From the NCBI GenBank assembly GCA_035557635.1, contig DATMDR010000061.1:44730-108729 (forward strand): DNA of 64,000 bases, written 5' to 3'. Below the pieces are notes generated by a model. That model did not search any database. It saw only the letters and a program-made list of their open reading frames with translations, and was not told where the DNA came from. Origin of the DNA: Solirubrobacterales bacterium. GTDB taxonomy: Bacteria; Actinomycetota; Thermoleophilia; Solirubrobacterales; 70-9. Below, piece by piece: positions 20,066 through 27,966 of the stretch (positions within the stretch are counted from its first letter, which is position 1; each line of letters starts with the position of its first letter). The position numbers and the translations under genes are program-made.

Positions 20066-20857
20066 CTATCCAGTCTTATGGCTGGCGATGTAGATCGCCT
20101 TTGTATGGATCGCTTCGTCAAGCGGCTGCGTTGGCACGCCGTCATAGTCATGGCCGAAGATCTCGAGGATTTCCAAACCGACGCTCCGAAGCGCGGCCAG
20201 GACCTCTGCCTCGGGAAAGTGCCGCTGGCGGTGCAGGTGCGCTCTGGCGCTGCCACTGGTGTCGCCCTCGATCGCGAGGTGCGCTTCGCAGATTGACCCC
20301 GGCTCCACATCGGGGGAAGACCGGCCAGTCCAGACCATTCGCAACCCGCCCTCTTCGACGACGTGCCGCTCGGCGAAGGCGGTCCGGTAGATGTGATGGG
20401 CGTTGAGATCAAAGACCAGCAACCCACCGGGGGCGAGGTTGTCCCGCATCCCGGCTAGGGCGGCTGTCAGTTCATCGGTGCTGAGCAGGTAGTTGATCGC
20501 ATCGTCGAGCGCCCAGACGAGATCGAATGCGCCGAAGCGGGGTAGCTCACGCATGTCGGCAACCTCCAGCCGCACAGCCTCGCCAACCTTCTCGCGGGCG
20601 AGCCGCAGCATCACCGCCGACAGGTCGCAGCCGATTACCTCCCAGCCGCGATCGAGCATCGGAATGAAGCTCCTGCCGGTGCCACAGCCGACGTCGAGCA
20701 AGCGGTTCCCGGCGAGGCCACAGCGCTCTAGATGGGGTAGTAGATCGCTCAGCCACCCATCGAAATCGTTGTTTGCCGTGAAGTCGTCGTAGATCGGCGC
20801 CATCGCGTCGTAGGCGACCTCGGCATGCCTCTCCTGCATCGGGCCCGGACGACTCAT
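20066..20857 (-). CDS. class I SAM-dependent methyltransferase
   Basis: Motif I LLDVGCGTGR, then IGCDLS and LVWALDD motifs. 263 aa. Confidence 0.85.
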   Translation of the reverse strand: MSRPGPMQERHAEVAYDAMAPIYDDFTANNDFDGWLSDLLPHLERCGLAGNRLLDVGCGTGRSFIPMLDRGWEVIGCDLSAVMLRLAREKVGEAVRLEVADMRELPRFGAFDLVWALDDAINYLLSTDELTAALAGMRDNLAPGGLLVFDLNAHHIYRTAFAERHVVEEGGLRMVWTGRSSPDVEPGSICEAHLAIEGDTSGSARAHLHRQRHFPEAEVLAALRSVGLEILEIFGHDYDGVPTQPLDEAIHTKAIYIASHKTG

Positions 20858-20929
20858 CCGCAGCTACCCGCCATAGCTCCAATACTTTAGAGATATTTAT
20901 CAATAAGGAAGACTTAGCCGGGCGCACGG

Positions 20930-23900
20930 TTAGCGGCCGATCCCCAGGTCCCGGCCGAGATCGCGCGCTCTCCCGGCGTGCTGCCCAAGGCCGAGCATGC
21001 GCTGGGTCTCTAGAAGCCGCCGCCGCGTCGCCTCTTGGCGCGCTCGCTCGGCTCCCTGCTTCGCCTCCGCGCCAAACGCTCGGAACGGGTCCTTGATGCC
21101 GTGATCCTGGCGGTAGCGCTCGATCTGCGAGAGGCCGCGATCCCAAGCCTCCCGTTTGACCGGATCGCTCGGCCTCTCCCCCAGCTCGGCCTTCACGTAG
21201 GCGGGTGGGGATATCCGCGCCGCGACGATCGCCAGCTCGCGGCGCTGCGCGAGAACCTGATTGGCGACCGCCAGCTCGCGGCGCGCGGCCCGTCCCGACT
21301 CAGGCAGCTCGCGAATCTCGGCGTCGCGACGCGCGAGCGCATCGCGCCAGTTCTTCTCCAAGGAGTCGATACGTGCCAGCTCCTCGCGGCGCTGGCGACG
21401 CGGCAGCCCCTGCGCCGCCTCGCGCTCGACCTGGATCTGGTCGAGCCGCTTCCGCGCTTCCTCAAACCGCTTCTGCACCATGCGGCGCTGGCTTTCTGCG
21501 TTGGCCTCTCGTCCTGCCGCCACCAGTAGCTCACCGCGCCTTGCGACCAGCTCCTCGGTCGGCAGGCCCGAGAACTTCGAGCGCAGCGCCTCGTCGTGGG
21601 CGGCGACCTGGGCGCGGTCGCGCTCGGCGGCTTCGGCGATGTGCGGGATGCCCTCGCGCAGGTAGGGAGACTCCGGCGCGATCTCCTCGCGGTGGACCTG
21701 TATCTCCGGCGTGGCGTAGATGAACGTCTCCTCGCGGGTGCGCGAGGCGGCGACGTATAGCTCCTGCTTGTCCATCGAAGGGTCGGCGGCGACGAATGCA
21801 CGATCGACGCTCGTGCCCTGTGCCGAGTAGGTGGTGACGGCGTAGGCGTGTTCGAGCGCCGGGGCTTCTGAGTGGCGGTTGGTCTGAGCGAGATAGTCGG
21901 CTCCGACCTCGACCCGCTTTGCCTGGTCGATGCCGTCGAGGGTCATGCGGCGCTCTGCCGCGTCCACCTCGGCAATCCGCCAGCGCTCGCGGTTGAAGAT
22001 CTCGGCGCTGCGGTCGTTGACGCGGGTGATGACGAGATCGCCGGCGGCGAAGCTCGCCTCCCCCACTTCGATCTCCTGGGCTCCGAGCTGCCCGGCCTGG
22101 CGGCGAACCTCGCGCGCCATCTCGTTCAAGCGCCTGACCTCGGCGTTCTGCTTGGCGACCATTACCGCGTCCTCGCCGCGCTCGAACGCCTCGTGCCAGT
22201 CGCGGACCATCGCCTCGCGGCGCTCCTCGGCGTTCGGGGCGACCGTGACCCTCTCGGATGAGCGGTAGAGGCTCAGCGCTTCGCCACCCTCGCCTTCCCT
22301 GATCTGCTTCGCCGCCACGCGGTCGAGCTCGTGGCGGTGGCGGATTACCTCGTCCAGTTGGATCGGGTCGGTGCGCTCGGCAAGAGCGCGGAACAGGCCG
22401 CCCGCTTCGATCTCGCCGAGCTGCTCGGGGTCGCCGACCAGGACGAGCTTCGCCTGGGCTCGCTCGGCGTGGGAGACGAGTCGAGCGAGGGTGGCCGAGT
22501 CCACCATCCCGGCCTCGTCGACCAGGAGGACCGAGCCGTGCGGCAAGCCCTCTTTGCCTTCATGCTCGGCGCGGTCGAGCGCCAAGAGCAGGCTGGCGAT
22601 GCTCGACGCCGGCAGTCCCTCCGCGCGCATCACGTTCGCCGCCCGCCAGGTCGGCGCGGCGGCGCGCAGCTCGATCCCGGCTTCGGCCCAGCCCTCAGCC
22701 GCGGCGACGACGGCGAAGGTCTTGCCGCTGCCCGCCTCGCCGATCACCACGGCGATCCCTTCGGGGTTGATGAGGAGGCGGCGGACCATCTCGCGCTGGT
22801 CGTCCTTCAAGGTCGGGCGTGTGTGAATGACACGGGCCGCGATCAGCTCGCCCGCAGGCGTCGGTCCCTGCGCCCGCATTCGCTCGACCGCCGCCAGCGC
22901 TTCGCGCTCAAGCTCCCAGATGCGCCGGGTGGTGAAGCGGGGGCCTTTGGCAGCCTCGGCGATCTGGATCACCGACTCCGACGCGAGGAAGGCGTCGGCC
23001 AGGCGCTCCACCTCGGCTCCCGGCGCACCGGATGGAAGCGAGTCGGCAACCGCCTGGATCGCGTCTCGCCTGTCGAAGTGGGACGCAGCCGCCGTGACCG
23101 CACGGTCTACCTGCTGGGTAGAGACCGTGCGGCTCACGGCGGCGCTCGGCCTCAGCGCTGCCTCCGGGTCGAAGGTGCGCTCGATCGTCTCGCGGTCAAG
23201 GCCGATCTCATCCGCCCGCGAGCGCCAGCGCCCAAGCAGCTCACCCCGGCTGACGTCTCGCTCCTTCGGCTGGCGCGTGGCAAGCGCGGCGACCTGCATC
23301 GAGCGCGCCGAGGCGTCGGCACCCGCCGCCTCGAGTATTTCCGCGCGACGGGTGGAGAAGGCGCGCAGATGCTCGTCGGCGAAGCCCGCGATCTCGGCGA
23401 TGCCCTTGCGCGTCGGTTGCCACTCGACGCCGAGGCGGCGGGTCAGCTCATGGCGCAAGTGCGCCTCGTAGATGTAGCTGGCGGTCTTGGCGTGGTCGTA
23501 GATCGCCGGGTGGTAGAGGCGGGTCCAGCGCCCGTCCGGTCCCCTAGTCGCGTTGGCGATCAGGACGTGGGTGTGGAGCTGTGGGTCGCCGTTCCGCGAG
23601 GAGCGGTGGACGTAGCCGGCGGCGAGGTAGCCATTGCCCTTGACGAACTCCGAGCCTCCCGCCCCACGCCTCGTCCAGCACGCCTCGCGCTGCATGTAGT
23701 CGAGGGCGGCTCCTACCGCTTCGCGGTGGGCGGCATTGACCTCGATGGCGGCGACCGGTCCGCCCAGGCCCCAGAGCAGGGAGACCGACTTAGGAGCCGA
23801 GAAGGTGAGATCGAAGCCGGGGACCGAGCCGTTGGCGGGGACGCCGCGCATCCCGACCAAGGGCTCGCCGTCGACCGGGCTGCGCCCGGTCAGCATCGCT

Positions 23901-24070
23901 TCGAGCTGGGCCGCCTCGACCTCCCCAGAGAGACCCAGATCCTCGGCGGCGTCGCCGAGCCATTGCCCGGCGACCTCGCCCTCGCCGGAGTAGTAGTCCT
24001 CAGCGCCTTCGGCGACCTTGTCGAGGTAGTAGCGCTCCTGGCCTTTGCCGAGCTTGCCGATGGAAAGCAT
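20930..24070 (-). CDS. MobF/TrwC-type conjugative relaxase fused to a RecD/TraA-like helicase
   Basis: N-terminus MLSIGKLGKGQERYYLD (catalytic Tyr region). His triad GDPQLHTHVLIAN. Helicase Walker A GEAGSGKT and LLVDEAGM. Start taken at ATG 24070; the track ORF extends to 24118. Confidence 0.9.
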   Translation of the reverse strand: MLSIGKLGKGQERYYLDKVAEGAEDYYSGEGEVAGQWLGDAAEDLGLSGEVEAAQLEAMLTGRSPVDGEPLVGMRGVPANGSVPGFDLTFSAPKSVSLLWGLGGPVAAIEVNAAHREAVGAALDYMQREACWTRRGAGGSEFVKGNGYLAAGYVHRSSRNGDPQLHTHVLIANATRGPDGRWTRLYHPAIYDHAKTASYIYEAHLRHELTRRLGVEWQPTRKGIAEIAGFADEHLRAFSTRRAEILEAAGADASARSMQVAALATRQPKERDVSRGELLGRWRSRADEIGLDRETIERTFDPEAALRPSAAVSRTVSTQQVDRAVTAAASHFDRRDAIQAVADSLPSGAPGAEVERLADAFLASESVIQIAEAAKGPRFTTRRIWELEREALAAVERMRAQGPTPAGELIAARVIHTRPTLKDDQREMVRRLLINPEGIAVVIGEAGSGKTFAVVAAAEGWAEAGIELRAAAPTWRAANVMRAEGLPASSIASLLLALDRAEHEGKEGLPHGSVLLVDEAGMVDSATLARLVSHAERAQAKLVLVGDPEQLGEIEAGGLFRALAERTDPIQLDEVIRHRHELDRVAAKQIREGEGGEALSLYRSSERVTVAPNAEERREAMVRDWHEAFERGEDAVMVAKQNAEVRRLNEMAREVRRQAGQLGAQEIEVGEASFAAGDLVITRVNDRSAEIFNRERWRIAEVDAAERRMTLDGIDQAKRVEVGADYLAQTNRHSEAPALEHAYAVTTYSAQGTSVDRAFVAADPSMDKQELYVAASRTREETFIYATPEIQVHREEIAPESPYLREGIPHIAEAAERDRAQVAAHDEALRSKFSGLPTEELVARRGELLVAAGREANAESQRRMVQKRFEEARKRLDQIQVEREAAQGLPRRQRREELARIDSLEKNWRDALARRDAEIRELPESGRAARRELAVANQVLAQRRELAIVAARISPPAYVKAELGERPSDPVKREAWDRGLSQIERYRQDHGIKDPFRAFGAEAKQGAERARQEATRRRLLETQRMLGLGQHAGRARDLGRDLGIGR

Positions 24071-24717
24071 CACCCTCTCTGTCCAGCGGGAGCGCGTTTT
24101 GCCTCGCACACTTAACAAAGTGATAGGGCGTGAGGGTGGTTGCTGTTGGCTGTTGGTACCGGGGCTGGAGCTTTCTCAGGGCTGCTTCTGCTGCCCCTGA
24201 GAACTGGGCTTCCTGCCTGATTCCTTCCTTTGTCTTTGTGGTTTGGCTTTGGCTGGCTGGTTGATTGGCTGCGTTTGGCTGGTTGAGTTCATCAGCCTGG
24301 GGAGGCCGACTTCGCAAAGTCCGGCGCTGGGGGGAGAGAAGCGCCGCCAGCCGGGCTAGCCTTTTTCTATGACCACCATGAAGGTGGTTAGTTAGGAGGA
24401 ATTTGGACACTTCACGATGGAAGACCAGAGAGGCATAAGAGACCATGACCGGCCACGCAAGCGAATGGCTTGCGGTGGGCCTGACCCCTTTCGTTCTCGC
24501 CGGGGCCGTGATGGCTGCGCTGTGCTTGATCGCACTTCTGCGGCGCACCCCATTCGAGGGCGAGCTTCGGGTCTTCTGGCTCCTTTGCCTAAAGCTGCGA
24601 ACGCAGCCGCCGAGGGACGACGCCTGAAGGTGTCGTTAATCTCGGGTCCGCCAGCGAAGCTGGCTGAGGATCTCATCTCTAGCGCTTGCCGGATGCCCTA
24701 GATCGGCCTGGCAGGTA

Positions 24718-24756
24718 GTCGCGCAGAGGGCTGCCGCCCTGGCAGCCCTCTGCGAC
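24718..24756. other. strong GC-rich hairpin in the relaxase/NTase intergenic region
   Basis: CGCAGAGGGCTGCC (24722-24735), loop GCCCT, GGCAGCCCTCTGCG (24741-24754): a perfect 14-bp stem. Confidence 0.6.
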
Positions 24757-25077
24757 TCGTTCTCTGGACGTAGGAAAACCCCGGGGCGTTGAGGCGACCT
24801 GCGCCGACACGATCTCGGAATCCGAAGTCGAGCACGGGATGGGCGGCACAGCGGCCTCCGTCCCTCGCTGCCCGAAGGTCCGTCAACAGCGATCTATAGA
24901 ACTCCGGGCGTCGTCCTCGTATCGCTTGTGGGCCGGGCGGGGGGTTCATCGCCTCCGTCCGGCCTCAAAGTACCCGCCGACGGGCTTGCAATCATCGTCT
25001 CGAGCCGATTGGGGGGGTGATGTCTCCTGAGAAGACCGGCTCGCCGATATGAGGCCGATTAAGAAAGCAGGTTCTAA

Positions 25078-26142
25078 ATGTTTCAGGAGGCGAAGGCCGA
25101 AAAGGCCAGCGATGTAGAAGCAGTTCTCGACGAAGTCCGCATCGAGATCTCCGCCAACGACGATGATCTCCGAGAGACGCGGAAGCGCCGTGATCTCGTC
25201 CGCGACGCTGCCGAATCGTTCGTGGGGGTTCTCCGGACCTTCAACTCGGGATCGGTCGCACACGGGACCGCCAACAACCCGGTCGACGACGCGGACGGGG
25301 GAGCCGTCCTCAACCGCGTCTCTTACCCCGATCTCGGTCCCGATAGCGACGAGGAAGGCGGCCCCGACGACCTGATGCGGGAGATGCGCGACCACGTCAT
25401 GGCGATCGTCCGGAAGGACTACCCGAAGGCCCGCAGTCGGCTGACGAAGAGGGCGATCCTGATCGAGTTCCACAAGCCGAACTCGGACGGCGTCGATCCA
25501 TCGGTCGACCTCGTTGTCGCGCTGACGCGGAAGGACGCTGTCGGCCTCTGGATCCCGAACCGGGACCGCGACGAATGGAACGCCTCCCACCCGGAGGAGC
25601 ACACCCGGCTCCTGGTCGCGAAGCCGAAGGGCCTCCGCGTTCTCCGCGCCCGGGTTATCCGCCTGTCGAAGGCCGCGATAAAGAAGGACTCGACTCCGGC
25701 GCTGATCTCGTTCAACGTCGAGGCCCTCGCCCTCAAGATCGTCGACGACGAGAACGAAGGGCTCGCCGAGGCGCTCCAGCGCTTCTTCGATGTCGCGGCG
25801 GACGAGATCAAGGCCCGCTATACGGAAGACCCGGCCGGGGTCTCGGGGAGAATCAAACTCCCCGAAGGGATGACCCGGTCCCGCTCCTCCCGGCGGCTTC
25901 GCTTCTTCGCCGACAAGGTCCAAGAGGCGATCGACGCCGAGTCTCGGGAGGACGCCGAAGCCGCGCTCGCTGAGCTGTACCCGGACGAGTTGCCGGGCAC
26001 CCCGAAGTCGAGCAAGAAGAGCCTCGCCGAGGCGCTCAACGCCGGAGACGAGAAGCGCGTCCGGACTGCGGCCTCGGTCGCACCGGCCGCAGCGTTCAAG
26101 CCTGGGATGAGGTCCCACGGCGATGACCCGGACGCGGCGTAA
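25078..26142 (+). CDS. Pol-beta superfamily nucleotidyltransferase, CD-NTase/SMODS-like
   Basis: G58-S59 (FNSGSVAHGT), D71-x-D73 (PVDDADGG), D144 (PSVDLVVAL), then W..SHPEEH and RVIRLSK helices. Low-complexity tail of about 50 aa. Confidence 0.7.
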   Translation: MFQEAKAEKASDVEAVLDEVRIEISANDDDLRETRKRRDLVRDAAESFVGVLRTFNSGSVAHGTANNPVDDADGGAVLNRVSYPDLGPDSDEEGGPDDLMREMRDHVMAIVRKDYPKARSRLTKRAILIEFHKPNSDGVDPSVDLVVALTRKDAVGLWIPNRDRDEWNASHPEEHTRLLVAKPKGLRVLRARVIRLSKAAIKKDSTPALISFNVEALALKIVDDENEGLAEALQRFFDVAADEIKARYTEDPAGVSGRIKLPEGMTRSRSSRRLRFFADKVQEAIDAESREDAEAALAELYPDELPGTPKSSKKSLAEALNAGDEKRVRTAASVAPAAAFKPGMRSHGDDPDAA

Positions 26143-26599
26143 ACCGCCCTGGTACCAGCACTTTCCGACGCGGCTTCGCTTCGAGCGCGAGGCCCGGGCC
26201 GCCTACCCCCACATCTCTATGCGAGAGGTAGGCGCTCGGAAGCGCTCGGAGGTCGCCTATGGGTTGAAGATCCCGGTCCCTGAGTACGAGGACCGGAGCA
26301 TCGAACTCGTGTTCCCCCGGATGATCGCGAGGCCGGAATTCACCCGCGTCTACGCCGACGGGCCGACCGAATCCCCGCATCGGTACCGGGCGAGCGAGCG
26401 GGATAAGCAGGGGCGATCCTCGCTCTGTATCTGGGATCCCGACGATCCACCGGAACTTCGCTGGGTCCCGGAGGACGGTCTCCTCTCGCTGATCGAGATG
26501 ACCCGGCTCCACCTCTTCAAGGAGGCGTACTGGCGGGAGACCGGCGACTGGCCGGGCGCGGAGGCCCCGCACCCAACGGCGGAGCCAAAGCCTTGCTGA
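26123..26599 (+). CDS. stand-alone E2/UBC-like protein (putative catalytic Cys102)
   Basis: 20-nt overlap with the NTase gene. Its order of elements mimics the UBC fold: N-terminal helix (RLRFEREARAAYP), beta-strands (VAYGLKIPVP..RSIELVFP), SPHRY flap (HPN-like), SSLCIWDP (Cys, TGT 26426-26428), then W and the helix LLSLIEMTRLHLFKE. Confidence 0.6.
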   Translation: MTRTRRKPPWYQHFPTRLRFEREARAAYPHISMREVGARKRSEVAYGLKIPVPEYEDRSIELVFPRMIARPEFTRVYADGPTESPHRYRASERDKQGRSSLCIWDPDDPPELRWVPEDGLLSLIEMTRLHLFKEAYWRETGDWPGAEAPHPTAEPKPC

Positions 26600-27174
26600 C
26601 CGCTGTCGCCCATGCCGCCTCGGAGGGGGGCGGCGAAGGTTTGAAGGTTGTCCTCCCTCTGATCGGTTCGGCGATCGCCCTCGTCGGGGTTCTCATCACC
26701 CTCTACGTCAATGGCCGCCGGGCCGAGCGAACTCGTCGGCGGGACCTCTACTCCGCGGGTTGGGCCGCAGTCCAGGCGTACAAGGAGTTCGCCTTCGCGG
26801 TTCGGCGCCGGAACTCGGAGGATCGTGCCGGGGAGCGGGTCCGCATCTCGACGGCGATGGGTGAGGTCCAGAAGGAACTCGCCTACTACGAGGCGATGAT
26901 CGGGCAGGAGCGCGTGAGTGAGTTCATCGCCGCGGTAACTGGCCGGGATCTCCGCGGTGCTGTCGCCGACGCCTACCTGACCCTCGTCGCCGAGACTCGG
27001 AAGGTCGCCGGGGGGATCATCAAACTTTCCTGGAACGAGGAGCCGATCGGAGCGGACAGCGAAATGCACGCCCCCGAGATCGCTCAGGAGCTGGCGGTGC
27101 TCAAGCCGGTCGAGATGGCCTTCCTCGACACGGTCTCCGACGACGTCGGCGGGCGTCGGCCGGACGCCGGTTAG
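26593..27174 (+). CDS. single-pass membrane protein of unknown function (candidate effector)
   Basis: TTG start overlaps the E2 gene by 7 nt (alternative TTG near 26641 after GGAGGGGGG). TM helix VVLPLIGSAIALVGVLITLYV, then about 150 aa of charged helical sequence. Confidence 0.6.
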   Translation: MLTAVAHAASEGGGEGLKVVLPLIGSAIALVGVLITLYVNGRRAERTRRRDLYSAGWAAVQAYKEFAFAVRRRNSEDRAGERVRISTAMGEVQKELAYYEAMIGQERVSEFIAAVTGRDLRGAVADAYLTLVAETRKVAGGIIKLSWNEEPIGADSEMHAPEIAQELAVLKPVEMAFLDTVSDDVGGRRPDAG

Positions 27175-27448
27175 GTCCGACCCCGAGAGCGACGTAATGA
27201 TCGACTGAGCCGGGGCTAGTTCAACCCCTCGGCCCAAGAGGGTCATCGTGCACTTCGCGCCCGGTTTGCCGACAGGTATTGCTGCAAACAAATAACAGTG
27301 GGGGGACGTGCCCGACGCGGACAAATGAGCGGGGGGCGATAACCGGGCTTTCCTGACTTATTTCGATGCAATGCGCGGTTTTCGCGGACAAGGGGATTGA
27401 GGAACATGACCCTGAAATCCCCGGCATCCGCCGCAAACCCGCCTATCA

Positions 27449-27554
27449 CCCGGGCAGTGAGCCCGGCCATACCTGGCGGCAGATGCTCAAGCCCGAGCAA
27501 AGATGCCCGGGCAGAGCTTTCTCGCCCGGGCTATCGTAAGAGCGACGCCCGGGC
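27449..27554. promoter_or_regulatory. cluster of four CCCGGGC palindrome-containing sites upstream of the RHH/recombinase genes
   Basis: CCCGGGC at 27449-55, 27506-12, 27525-31 and 27548-54. Confidence 0.4.
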
Positions 27555-27699
27555 TTACCTGGGCCGAGATGCCGGGGCTCTTTCCAATGCAAGCGCCTGG
27601 CCGGCCGCCCCCCTACGGCCCCCCACAAGGGGGCGCACCCCGGCGCAGGGCTGCGCCCTCTTCACAAGCGCGGCGGACTGCTCTAGAACCGGGAGCTAG

Positions 27700-27966
27700 A
27701 TGCCCGCCGAGAGCCCAAAGCCGACCGCAGCATTCGCAAACCCTTGCATCGAGATCACGCCAACGCCGAAGCAGTACGAACGGCTCTGCCTCGATCTCAG
27801 GAAGCTTCGCGAGCGTGGCGCGACCTCCAACACCGACGCGATCCTCGCCGCCGTTCGAGATGCCGCCGCCCGCCGTAAGATGCCTGGCGACAAAGCAAAA
27901 GCCGGGCGGCGCGGTAACGCCCCCGGCACGGCACCAGGAGGTTCCCCTGATGCAAGAGCAGCGTAG
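27700..27966 (+). CDS. small putative ribbon-helix-helix protein (regulator/RDF candidate)
   Basis: GGGAG sits 6 nt upstream of the ATG. CIEITPTPKQYERL (strand) plus helices LRKLRERG...AILAAVRDAA. Overlaps the recombinase start by 17 nt. Confidence 0.45.
   Translation: MPAESPKPTAAFANPCIEITPTPKQYERLCLDLRKLRERGATSNTDAILAAVRDAAARRKMPGDKAKAGRRGNAPGTAPGGSPDARAA

Noticed and set aside
24445-24627. 60-aa ORF with one hydrophobic helix in the relaxase-NTase gap
   Set aside because: It has a weak RBS, and its C-terminus is unstructured and Arg/Pro-rich. It overlaps alternative ORFs of similar quality, so the support is not enough to call a gene.
24946-26118. 390-aa minus-strand ORF covering the NTase gene
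   Set aside because: It has no recognisable motif and shadow-ORF composition. The plus strand carries a complete NTase active-site pattern, a plausible RBS and coupled downstream genes.
27503-27949. N-terminal 149-aa extension of the serine recombinase ORF
   Set aside because: The extension is Pro/Arg/Ser-rich with no structure. The resolvase domain begins right after ATG 27950, which has a perfect AGGAGG 8 nt upstream. The extension also overlaps the better-supported RHH-like ORF and the CCCGGGC site cluster.
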